Source: Patescibacteria group bacterium | GTDB lineage: Bacteria; Patescibacteriota; Microgenomatia; UBA8517 | Assembly (NCBI GenBank): GCA_038206135.1 | Contig: JBBRBD010000001.1 | Coordinates: 1,919-65,918, forward strand | Length of the DNA: 64,000 nucleotides | Direction: 5' to 3' | Shown here: positions 8,226-16,927 of the stretch, piece after piece | Numbering within the stretch: the stretch's first letter is position 1 | Layout: the number at the start of each line of letters is the position of its first letter | Translations under genes and position numbers: made by a program | Notes under the pieces: model-generated | The model's input: the letters and a program-made list of their open reading frames with translations, nothing else | What the model was told of the DNA's origin: nothing | Database searches by the model: none

Positions 8226-9206
8226 ATGAATTATAAGGAATCTGCAGAAATACTTGAAAAAATAAAGGTTTCAAACAAAATTCTGTTGTCGTGTCATCAC
8301 CATCCAGATGCAGATACTGTTGGATGCGCGACCGTGCTTTCAGGAGTATTAACTGAAATGGGAAAGCAAACAAAAATTATTTGTCCAGATATTATTCCAG
8401 ATTTTTTAAAATTTATTGATGGAGCAGACAAAATTGAAACAGTACATTTCGAAGAATTTAATTTTGGTGAATATGACTTGTATATTGTTTGTGATACCTC
8501 TAGCTGGAAAAGACTGTTTATAGACCCCAACTTCACCAAACCAAATATCCCTGTAGTAGTTGTTGACAATCACACTTCAAATCAAGGTTTTGGGGCTATC
8601 GATTTACTCGATTATGAAACAAGTTCTGTTTGCGAAATGATTTGTAGTCTTTTTGAAGATTGGAGTATTGAGATTACAAAGTCTCGCGCAACAACCCTGT
8701 TGGCAGGAATTTTGGGAGATACAGGCTCGTTTCAATTTGAAGTTCACAAGAATACATTCTCAATTGCAGACAAGCTTATGAAGAATGGAGCTGATCGTGA
8801 GCTTGTAGCACTTAATTTATTTAATAATCTTCCCCTTGAATTGATTAAATTTTGGGGCTTGGTTATAGACAAACTTACGCTGGATAAAGCAGGGTTTGCT
8901 TATGTTGCGATATCTGAAGAAGAATATGCTCCGTACTTACACGTATATGGTACTCGAGAAACAGCAGCAAGCATGATTGTTTCAAAGGTAAAAGGCTCAT
9001 CATTTGGTTTTATTATGACCGGGGAATCGAACGGATGTTCAATTAGTTTTCGTTCTCGAGGAGGGGTAGATACATCAAAAATTGCAGTTGCACTCGGTGG
9101 AGGAGGTCACCCAGGGGCATCTGGCGCATGGATACGAAACAAATCTTTTGAGGAAACACTTGAAACAGTTTTGCAGTTATGCCGGGAAACAGCGAAAACT
9201 TCATGA
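8226..9206 (+). CDS. nrnA: DHH/DHHA1 phosphoesterase, NrnA-like (nanoRNase / pAp phosphatase)
   Basis: Motifs CHHHPDADTVGC (DHH motif I), VVVVDNHTSN (DHH), GILGDTGSFQF and GGGHPGASGA (DHHA1). Start moved to ATG 8226 right after the upstream stop. The ORF-track start at 8118 would overlap by 100 nt. Confidence 0.75.
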   Translation: MNYKESAEILEKIKVSNKILLSCHHHPDADTVGCATVLSGVLTEMGKQTKIICPDIIPDFLKFIDGADKIETVHFEEFNFGEYDLYIVCDTSSWKRLFIDPNFTKPNIPVVVVDNHTSNQGFGAIDLLDYETSSVCEMICSLFEDWSIEITKSRATTLLAGILGDTGSFQFEVHKNTFSIADKLMKNGADRELVALNLFNNLPLELIKFWGLVIDKLTLDKAGFAYVAISEEEYAPYLHVYGTRETAASMIVSKVKGSSFGFIMTGESNGCSISFRSRGGVDTSKIAVALGGGGHPGASGAWIRNKSFEETLETVLQLCRETAKTS

Positions 9207-10753
9207 GGCAGAAAAGAGGTATATCAAATCTTAGATCGCGCTTGTACCTAGAAATTAAGAGCCACATTTTTATATATTTAGCACTATTTGGTCTACTTCT
9301 CGAAGCAACTTTTTTAAGAGTCACTAGGACAAATCAAATATTAGGTTTTTACTTCGATCAGGGGCGAGATGCTTTAGTTATATCTGATTTGTTACAGCAT
9401 GGAAAATGGTTTTTGATCGGACCTACGACGGGTATTGCAGGAATATTTCGAGGACCGTTTTACTATTATCTGATTACACCTTTTTATTGGATAGGGCGAG
9501 GAAATCCAGTTTTTCCTGCCATTTTTCTTGCGCTTACTAGTGTTCTTGCTCTTTTACTTTTGTATTATTTGGCCAAAGAAGTTGCAGGACGTGGAGCAGG
9601 GCTTATCGCCGTTTGTATAGCAACATTTTCTTACTACTTGGTTTATGCAAGTCGTTGGCTAAGTAATCCCACACCAATGCTATTGTTGTCCCTCTTATTG
9701 TTTTGGATGATGGTTTTGATTCAAAAAGGGAAGTCTTGGGCTTGGATTGTGCTGTCCTTTATTGCCGGAAGCTCATTATTCCACTTTGGTTCATCAGGTG
9801 AGTTCTTTTATTTGCCCGCAATTCTAGTTTTTGCTTTGTGGCAATGGGGTGTATTTTCACTGAATTTTAAATTCCCTAAACTTGTTATTATTTTTGGCTC
9901 AATTCTTGCATTCATTTCGACTGCTGCACCACTTGTTATTTTTGACCTCAGACATGATAGGATTTTATCACACAATATTTTACAGTTTTTTGTTAAGGAC
10001 GGGAGCTTTAAAGCATCTTTCTGGGCAGTTGCACAAGCTAGAATTCAGTTTTTTGTAGAAGGTTTTTACAATAAAGTGTTTTTAAGCAGAGATGCATTAT
10101 CTACCTCACTTATGTGGGCGGCAATTATTGCAGGAGTGCTAAGTATTAAAATTTTCTGGACGAATGTTCATATTCGCGCCCTTATTCTTCTGCTCATTTC
10201 TCCGATAATTGGACTTATGTTTTTCCAGGGGAATCAAGGAAATATTTATGACTATTACTTAACCGGATATTATTTACCCTTCATTTTGTTTTTAAGCATA
10301 TGTGTATATCAGTTTTTGCGTGTTCGTCTTGTTGGTATATTATTTGTAATATTGTTTTTACTTATTTCGTATAAGGAAAACATTGAACCAAGCTGGTCAT
10401 TGACTCATAACCCTATTGATGGTCCGACAACTATTGCGTTTGGAAATGAGAGACAAGCTGTTTCTTGGGTATATGAAAACGCAAATGGGTCTGAATTTAA
10501 TGTAGACGAATATGTCCCTCCAGTCATTCCTTACACATACGATTATCTCTTTAGTTGGTATGGAAGAACACTAAATGGTAATGTGACAGAGAGGAAGGTT
10601 TCTCTTTTGTACACATTATATGAAGTAGACCCTCCCCATCCAGAAAGATTAAAAGCTTGGCTAGATCGGCAACAAGGTATTGGAATAGTTCAAGATGAGG
10701 TACACTTTGGGGGTATAACTGTTCAACGAAGAACGCGAATTACAATAAAATGA
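9203..10753 (+). CDS. GT-C membrane glycosyltransferase, PMT/ArnT-like
   Basis: Multi-TM. Loop motif FDQGRDALVISDL...LIGPTTGIAGIFRGPFYYY is paralogous to the 6626 and 10750 products. ATG 9203 overlaps the nrnA stop (ATGA). Confidence 0.75.
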   Translation: MRQKRGISNLRSRLYLEIKSHIFIYLALFGLLLEATFLRVTRTNQILGFYFDQGRDALVISDLLQHGKWFLIGPTTGIAGIFRGPFYYYLITPFYWIGRGNPVFPAIFLALTSVLALLLLYYLAKEVAGRGAGLIAVCIATFSYYLVYASRWLSNPTPMLLLSLLLFWMMVLIQKGKSWAWIVLSFIAGSSLFHFGSSGEFFYLPAILVFALWQWGVFSLNFKFPKLVIIFGSILAFISTAAPLVIFDLRHDRILSHNILQFFVKDGSFKASFWAVAQARIQFFVEGFYNKVFLSRDALSTSLMWAAIIAGVLSIKIFWTNVHIRALILLLISPIIGLMFFQGNQGNIYDYYLTGYYLPFILFLSICVYQFLRVRLVGILFVILFLLISYKENIEPSWSLTHNPIDGPTTIAFGNERQAVSWVYENANGSEFNVDEYVPPVIPYTYDYLFSWYGRTLNGNVTERKVSLLYTLYEVDPPHPERLKAWLDRQQGIGIVQDEVHFGGITVQRRTRITIK

Positions 10754-12228
10754 AAATAATTACTTTTATAAAGACACATAAACTACTTTTATTGGTATTA
10801 ATTTTAGGGTTGTTTTTTAGAGCGAGCAGAAGCCTTGAATTATTTGCGTATGGACACGATCAAGATCTTGCAGGCTGGTTTGTAAGAGATATAGTTGAAA
10901 ATCACCATCTACGCCTAATTGGGCAAGAAACATCAGTCCACGGGGTTTATATCGGTCCTGCATGGTATTACTCAATCGTGCCTTTTTATCTGTTGTTTCA
11001 TATGGCCCCGACTGCAGGTCTCGTTGTTTCTATATTCGCCGGATTAATTACTATTTTTAGTATTTGGTATGTTTTAAAAAGTATTTTTTCAAATAACGTA
11101 GGTCTCATCTCGTCATTTATATACGCTTGCTCCTTTGTGCTTGTTATGACCGACCGGGAAGTAGACCCTACAATCACAGTCGTATTGTGGTCAGTCTGGT
11201 TTTTGTATTCACTTCACCTTTTGATGAAGCAGAAAATACATAGAGGACTTGTTTTAAGTGCGTTTCTGTTCGCGTTTACTTGGCAAATTAATTTGGCACT
11301 CATAATTCTTGCGCCAGTTACAATCTTGACATTAATTTTTGCTAAAAAATGGCCACGCGTTTACGCGCTTCGAGATGCAATGATTGTAGGAGCATTAACA
11401 GTTAGTCCTTTCATGTTATTTGAAATAAAAAATGGTTTTTTACAAACAAGAGCAGTTTTAGGATCCGCAGTTGGTGGGGGAACACCAGTAAATTTTATTG
11501 AGAAGTTAGACAGAACAACGACGTTGTTATCTAAAAATATTCGTAATATATATTCTGGTGACATTATTTCAATGCCTGACAAGACTGCAATGCTTCTTAT
11601 GTTTGGTATCTTTTTCTTTTTAATACTCAGACGGAAAATTCGTTTGCAGTGGGCAATACTCTTTACGCTTTGGGTTTCGCTATATATTGTTTTTTTCAGT
11701 CATAATCCGCTAAATCTCTCCGAATACTATTTGAATGGGATGACGGTACTTTGGGTTCTTCTACCGTCCTTACTTTTGGAATCAATTCAAGAAAGTATTG
11801 TAGGAAAAGGTTTTGTCTTTATATTACTCACAACTTTTATTGTGGCTAACTTTATACGATTTGAAACAATACCTGTAAATAGAAGCGGATATGTTGATCG
11901 TATGAATCTAATTACTGAAATAAAACATGATTCTGCCATTCACAATTATCCTTGTGTCGCAGTAAGCTATATTACAACTCCAGGAAACAACTTAGGATAT
12001 AGATATTTGTTTTATTATCAAAATTTAGCAGTAAATTTACCAAAAACAGAGGCGCCTGTTTACACTATCGTATTCCCACATAGTTTAGTTGATAAAATTG
12101 ATGTCAGCTTCGGGGCACTTGGGCTAATTTATCCAGATTATAAAAAATACACTCCAGAAAGCGTGTCCAAAAGCTGTAGTTTCGGAAACCAAAATTTAAC
12201 TGAGCCATTATTTGGTTTTACTAACTGA
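10750..12228 (+). CDS. GT-C membrane glycosyltransferase, PMT/ArnT-like
   Basis: Multi-TM. GHDQDLAGWFVRDI...LIGQETSVHGVYIGPAWYY is the same subfamily as the 6626 and 9203 products. ATGA overlap with the upstream gene. Confidence 0.7.
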   Translation: MKIITFIKTHKLLLLVLILGLFFRASRSLELFAYGHDQDLAGWFVRDIVENHHLRLIGQETSVHGVYIGPAWYYSIVPFYLLFHMAPTAGLVVSIFAGLITIFSIWYVLKSIFSNNVGLISSFIYACSFVLVMTDREVDPTITVVLWSVWFLYSLHLLMKQKIHRGLVLSAFLFAFTWQINLALIILAPVTILTLIFAKKWPRVYALRDAMIVGALTVSPFMLFEIKNGFLQTRAVLGSAVGGGTPVNFIEKLDRTTTLLSKNIRNIYSGDIISMPDKTAMLLMFGIFFFLILRRKIRLQWAILFTLWVSLYIVFFSHNPLNLSEYYLNGMTVLWVLLPSLLLESIQESIVGKGFVFILLTTFIVANFIRFETIPVNRSGYVDRMNLITEIKHDSAIHNYPCVAVSYITTPGNNLGYRYLFYYQNLAVNLPKTEAPVYTIVFPHSLVDKIDVSFGALGLIYPDYKKYTPESVSKSCSFGNQNLTEPLFGFTN

Positions 12229-12247
12229 ATAGATATACAATACTCTC

Positions 12248-12994
12248 ATGAAATCTCCTTATTTATCTGTGGTTATACCCGCTTACCGAGAATCCGGAAA
12301 TATAAAGCGTGGAGTTTTGTCTAATGTGAATGAATATTTAAAAAAACAATCTTTTTCTTGGGAAGTAATTGTTGTTGATGACGGGTCTCCTGATAAAACA
12401 GCGGAAGAGATAGGTAAACAAATAAAAAAATATAAAAACTTTTCTCTCAAAAAAGAACCTCATCGAGGGAAGGGCGGAACGGTTATTGCAGGAATACTTT
12501 CTGCCAAGGGAGAAATCATTCTTTTTACAGATATGGATCAAGCTACCCCACTTTCAGAAATTCAGAAGTTCCTCCCGTACTTTTCGAAAGATTATGATGT
12601 TGTGATTGGTTCACGTTCAGGTCGCAAAGGGGAGCCACCTATAAGACAACTTATGGCATATGCCTTCATGTTTTTAAGAACTGCAATTCTTAGATTGCCA
12701 TACAAAGACACTCAATGCGGTTTCAAAGCCTTCAAAAGAGACGCTGCAAAAAAGATTTTTAGTAATATGAGAATTTTTACGTCTACTGGAACCGGAATGA
12801 CTGGTGTCACTGCAGCATTTGATCTAGAACTTTTATATATAGCGAGAAAATTGAATCTAAAAATCGCAGAAGTACCAGTAAACTGGGAACATGTGGGAAG
12901 TGTGCGCGTAAATCCACTTAAGGATTCTTGGCTCGGTTTTAAAGGGCTTATCCAAGTACGAATAAATGCACTCCGAGGGGTATATCGCGTTTAA
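12248..12994 (+). CDS. GT2 polyprenol-phosphate glucosyl/mannosyl-transferase (Alg5/GtrB-like)
   Basis: LSVVIPAYRESGNI, VIVVDDGSPDKT, HRGKGGTVIAG and FTDMDQATP are GT2 Dpm1/Alg5-like motifs. Confidence 0.85.
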   Translation: MKSPYLSVVIPAYRESGNIKRGVLSNVNEYLKKQSFSWEVIVVDDGSPDKTAEEIGKQIKKYKNFSLKKEPHRGKGGTVIAGILSAKGEIILFTDMDQATPLSEIQKFLPYFSKDYDVVIGSRSGRKGEPPIRQLMAYAFMFLRTAILRLPYKDTQCGFKAFKRDAAKKIFSNMRIFTSTGTGMTGVTAAFDLELLYIARKLNLKIAEVPVNWEHVGSVRVNPLKDSWLGFKGLIQVRINALRGVYRV

Positions 12995-12995
12995 T

Positions 12996-14531
12996 ATGTT
13001 GCAACTTAAAAAAAGTCATTGGTTAATGTTTGGAATACTTCTACTGCTTGTGGCAGTATTTGCATTTGCTATTCGAGTTCTAGGGATCACCAAAATCCCA
13101 GTTTTTGCAGATGAGGCAATTTATATACGATGGTCACAAGTTATGCGGGCTGAGCCAACGCTTCGCTTTTTACCTCTTTCAGACGGGAAACAGCCACTTT
13201 TTATGTGGATAGCAATTCCCTTCTTGAAGTTATTTTTGAATCCGCTTGTATCTGGACGAATGGTTTCCGTCTTATCAGGAGTAGGTACATTGCTGGGGAT
13301 TGCTTCATTAAGTTTTATTCTTTTGCGTTCTAAAAAGGCAGCACTTCTTTCCGCATTTTTGTACGCTTTGTCACCATTCACACTCTTTTTTGACAGAATG
13401 AGCTTAGTAGATTCTCTCCTTTCACTGACAGGCATATGGTTTTTTGTATTTCTCTTAATTTCTGTAAAAAAACTTAGGTGGGACTTTGCTATGCTCGCGG
13501 GATTTGCACTCGGAGCTGCTCTACTCACAAAGTCGCCGGGATTATTTTTTCTTATGATAGCTCCTCTTTCCATTCTCTTTGCACCATGGGGAACAAAACG
13601 ACCAGTTATTCTTTGTTTCCAAATTGTGGGATTGTGGCTCACAACCGCAATAATTGGATATGTAATGTCACAAATATTACGTCTTGGTCCGAATTTTCAA
13701 ATGATAGCAATCAGAAATCTTGATTATGTATTTCCTGTTTCACATATACTCACAAACGCCAAAGATCCTTTCATTTCTAATCTGGATCGTGCATTGCAAT
13801 GGATCATAGAAATGGCTCCATTTGAAGTAATAGTTATGGCAATATTCGGATACTTTGCATCTGTAAAAAAACTTAATATAAAGCTTCTTTTTCTTGTAGT
13901 TGCTTTTGCGTTTCCACTCCTTGTCGGGAGTATGTATTCAAAATCTTTTACTGCTCGCTATATATTATTTACGTTACCTCCATTATTTGTGCTTGCAGGG
14001 TTCACGACCCTTTTTAAAAAGAAATGGTATTTGGCGATTGTTTTTCTTTTTGCAATACATTCAATTTATTTTGATTTTTTACTTATTTCTAGCCCAGTTC
14101 AGGCACCAATCCCTGAATCTGAAAGAAGTGGATATTTTGAGGAATGGAGTTCAGGAACAGGAATCATAGAAGCTGCAAACTATATAAAACAGGAAGCCGC
14201 AACACACCCCGGTGAGCATATAATTGTTGGAACGGAGGGATATTTTGGAACGCTCCCAGATGGACTGCAAATGTATTTAGAAAAAATTCCAAATATAGTT
14301 GTGATTGGCACAGGTCTTGATTTTAAACAAATCCCCAATCAGTTGATTGAGGCTAAGAAATCTGGTGCAAAAACATATTTTGTGGTAAATTCGTCAAGGT
14401 TGGATAAAACATTTAAAACAAATGGACTGACGCTTCTGTATTCTGTTAAAAAAGAATTACGAATGCCAAATACCCATGAATATGTTCGATATGGGCCTCA
14501 GGAGACATTTTACTTCTTTGAGTTGAATTAA
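12996..14531 (+). CDS. GT-C membrane glycosyltransferase, ArnT/PMT-like
   Basis: Multi-TM. First-loop FADEAIYIRWSQ, later LLTKSPGLFFL. Start placed at ATG 12996 immediately after the GT2 stop. Confidence 0.75.
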   Translation: MLQLKKSHWLMFGILLLLVAVFAFAIRVLGITKIPVFADEAIYIRWSQVMRAEPTLRFLPLSDGKQPLFMWIAIPFLKLFLNPLVSGRMVSVLSGVGTLLGIASLSFILLRSKKAALLSAFLYALSPFTLFFDRMSLVDSLLSLTGIWFFVFLLISVKKLRWDFAMLAGFALGAALLTKSPGLFFLMIAPLSILFAPWGTKRPVILCFQIVGLWLTTAIIGYVMSQILRLGPNFQMIAIRNLDYVFPVSHILTNAKDPFISNLDRALQWIIEMAPFEVIVMAIFGYFASVKKLNIKLLFLVVAFAFPLLVGSMYSKSFTARYILFTLPPLFVLAGFTTLFKKKWYLAIVFLFAIHSIYFDFLLISSPVQAPIPESERSGYFEEWSSGTGIIEAANYIKQEAATHPGEHIIVGTEGYFGTLPDGLQMYLEKIPNIVVIGTGLDFKQIPNQLIEAKKSGAKTYFVVNSSRLDKTFKTNGLTLLYSVKKELRMPNTHEYVRYGPQETFYFFELN

Positions 14532-14546
14532 TTTATCAGTGGCCTA

Positions 14547-14570
14547 TACTTGTGACATCTGTATTTTAAT
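14547..14570 (+). promoter_or_regulatory. intergenic motif TACTTGTGACATCTGTATTTTAAT (copy 1 of a repeated 11-mer GTGACATCTGT)
   Basis: An identical 11-mer recurs at 50503-50513 in another intergenic gap. This copy lies directly 5' of the GGAGG RBS of the 14584 gene. Confidence 0.3.
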
Positions 14571-14583
14571 GGAGGATTAGAAG

Positions 14584-15033
14584 ATGGATCAGCAAGGATT
14601 CAAGTTTATCATTCCATTTAATGAGGGTGGAGTGTTGGTTCGTCGAATGGATGACATCGCATCGAATCATATACGTATAGAAAAGCATTTCCGAAAACGC
14701 TTTGGATATTTTGTCCCAATAGTAATTGGTCATTTCGAAATGACAGATGATCGATCGACGGGGATAGATATTCTAATTCACGAGCATACCAAAGTTCCAC
14801 TGGCTTTTTTTACATATTGGACGCCTGAATTCATTGGTAAATATCTAGGTGTTATTCTGGATGGACGCGGCAGTATCGGATTAGTCTGTTGCAGTGATAG
14901 TTTTGAAGAAGTTCAGAACGAAATTCATCCATATTGTAGTACTAAAGTGTCTTACCACGATTGTAAACACCAAACTTGGCTTGTGAAAAGTGGAACAGAC
15001 TTTGTGGAAGCTTTCATTACCGCTTGTTCATGA
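14584..15033 (+). CDS. hypothetical small soluble protein (149 aa)
   Basis: GGAGG SD 8 nt upstream of the ATG. No TM segments. Cys/His-containing (LVCCSDSFEE, CSTKVSYHDCKH). Its stop overlaps the downstream start (ATGA). Confidence 0.55.
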   Translation: MDQQGFKFIIPFNEGGVLVRRMDDIASNHIRIEKHFRKRFGYFVPIVIGHFEMTDDRSTGIDILIHEHTKVPLAFFTYWTPEFIGKYLGVILDGRGSIGLVCCSDSFEEVQNEIHPYCSTKVSYHDCKHQTWLVKSGTDFVEAFITACS

Positions 15034-16850
15034 GTACATTGCGCTGTACAGGGTTACCCTTACAGCGCATATTTGTGTTACCATTAGCGGTGAGGCTCTT
15101 TTCTCTTATCAAAAGAATTACTTCGAGTAAAAACTTTTTGCCATTAGTTGCAGTTCTCTTTTTTGCATGGCTTGCAGCTAAACCTCTATTTGCTGGTGGA
15201 TATTTTAATATGCACGACGATCTACAAATGATGCGTCAGCTTGAGATGGAAAAGTGCTTTGCGGATCTTCAAATTCCTTGTCGCTGGGTTCCTGACATGG
15301 GCTACGGCTTTGGATACCCACTTTTTAATTTCTATCCGCCACTTCCTTATTTAGTAGGACAGATATTTAGGGTTTTAGGATACTCATTCGTTGACACGGC
15401 AAAAGCATTGTTTATAACAGCCTTTTTTGCTTCAGCTGTAACCATGTATTTCTTTGCTAAACGCTTTTTTGGGAGGCTTGGCGGGGTACTTTCTTCAATT
15501 TTTTATGTTTGGGCTCCGTATCACGCTGTAGACATTTATGTTCGGGGAGCTATGAACGAAAGCTGGGGTATGATTTGGTTCCCTCTTATTCTTTTGTTTT
15601 CATATAACATCATTTCAAATAAAGACATCTCACTAAAGGGTACTAAAAATTCGATTTTTCAAAACCTTAAACTTGGACTCCCACTTGCACTTGCATGGGC
15701 TGCGCTTCTAACCTCTCATAATTTAATGGTAATTATATTTACACCGTTTTTTGCATTGTGGTGTGTAGCATGGCTTTTGTACTACAGAAACTGGAAGGTA
15801 CTTCCGCCCCTTGTTGTTTCAGGTCTGTGGGCTTTTGCGTTGGCCGCATTTTTCACACTTCCTGTGTTTTTAGAAAAAAATGTAGTACAAACTGATACTT
15901 TGGTACAGGGTTATTATGAATTTACAGCTCATTTTCCTAGTATCGGACAGCTGCTTATTAGTCGCTTTTGGGGATATGGTCCATCTGTTTGGGGTCTAAA
16001 TGATGAAATGTCATTCCAAGTTGGATGGTTCCATTGGATTATTCCCCTATTCTTTGTCCCACTTTTTACTTTACAGTTTTTGCGAAAACGAAAAGTCACG
16101 CCATTGATGGTAGCAGTGGGAAGCATGTTTACAGTCGGATGGGTTGCACTTTTTATGGCTCACCCTAAATCTACTCCAATTTGGGAACATCTTAAATTCT
16201 TGCAGTTTATTCAATTTCCATGGAGATACCTAACGATGATAATTCTTGGATTTTCATTTTGTATGGGTGCAATCGCTGCGATTTTGCCCAAAATTAGCAG
16301 GTACTTCGTATCAATTGTGCTAGTAATTGCAGTTCTTGCATATAGCTGGAATTTCTTCATGCCACAGAATGGCAAACTTGGACCGTTAACAGATGAACAA
16401 AAATTTACAGGTGCCGCATGGCAATTACAGCAGACTGCAGGTATTTATGATTATTTACCAAATACTTCACAGATGGCTCCGCAGGGTCCACGAAAAGTAC
16501 AAGCAGAGGTCTTAGTAGGGGAAGGTACAGTACTTACAGGACCATCAGGGACTAATTGGGAGCGATTCAATGTTGATGCCAAGAGTGACATAACTGTGAG
16601 AATTGGAGTTCTTGCTTTTCCTAATTGGAAAGTAACAGTAGATGGGAAGGATGTTGAAACTTTCATTCCAAAAACAGAAACTTGGGGGAGATTGTACGTT
16701 AACATTCCAACAGGTACTCATGAGGTTTATGCAAAGCTTATGGACACTCCAGCAAGATCAATAGGAAATATACTAACTATAATTGCATGGATTTTGCTTC
16801 TTGTTGTAGTCTTCAATAAACAGAAGGAGAACATAAAGAAATCTTCCTGA
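15030..16850 (+). CDS. polytopic membrane protein, YfhO-like GT-C glycosyltransferase candidate
   Basis: First-loop MHDDLQMMRQ...QIPCRWVPDMGYGFGYPLFNFY, then FTAHFPSIGQLLISRFWGYGPSVWG. Clear paralog of the 31927 product. C-terminal periplasmic-type domain then a final TM. ATG 15030 overlaps the upstream stop. Confidence 0.55.
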   Translation: MSTLRCTGLPLQRIFVLPLAVRLFSLIKRITSSKNFLPLVAVLFFAWLAAKPLFAGGYFNMHDDLQMMRQLEMEKCFADLQIPCRWVPDMGYGFGYPLFNFYPPLPYLVGQIFRVLGYSFVDTAKALFITAFFASAVTMYFFAKRFFGRLGGVLSSIFYVWAPYHAVDIYVRGAMNESWGMIWFPLILLFSYNIISNKDISLKGTKNSIFQNLKLGLPLALAWAALLTSHNLMVIIFTPFFALWCVAWLLYYRNWKVLPPLVVSGLWAFALAAFFTLPVFLEKNVVQTDTLVQGYYEFTAHFPSIGQLLISRFWGYGPSVWGLNDEMSFQVGWFHWIIPLFFVPLFTLQFLRKRKVTPLMVAVGSMFTVGWVALFMAHPKSTPIWEHLKFLQFIQFPWRYLTMIILGFSFCMGAIAAILPKISRYFVSIVLVIAVLAYSWNFFMPQNGKLGPLTDEQKFTGAAWQLQQTAGIYDYLPNTSQMAPQGPRKVQAEVLVGEGTVLTGPSGTNWERFNVDAKSDITVRIGVLAFPNWKVTVDGKDVETFIPKTETWGRLYVNIPTGTHEVYAKLMDTPARSIGNILTIIAWILLLVVVFNKQKENIKKSS

Positions 16851-16876
16851 AGATATCTGTATTATAGCAGTTCTAT

Positions 16877-16909
16877 CTTAACTTCTAAAGAGTTGTTTTT
16901 GCCTATAAT
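16877..16909 (+). promoter_or_regulatory. putative sigma70-type promoter (-10 TATAAT at 16904-16909) upstream of the ABC exporter gene
   Basis: A perfect TATAAT hexamer lies 19 nt upstream of the GGAGA RBS / ATG 16928 in a 77-nt gap. The -35 is poor (TTAACT/ACTTCT). Confidence 0.3.
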
Positions 16910-16927
16910 CAGGGATAATATTGGAGA

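Noticed and set aside
13121-13642. 173-aa minus-strand ORF antisense to the GT-C gene at 12996..14531
   Set aside because: The sense-strand gene has clear family motifs and membrane topology. The antisense ORF has no RBS and unremarkable composition.
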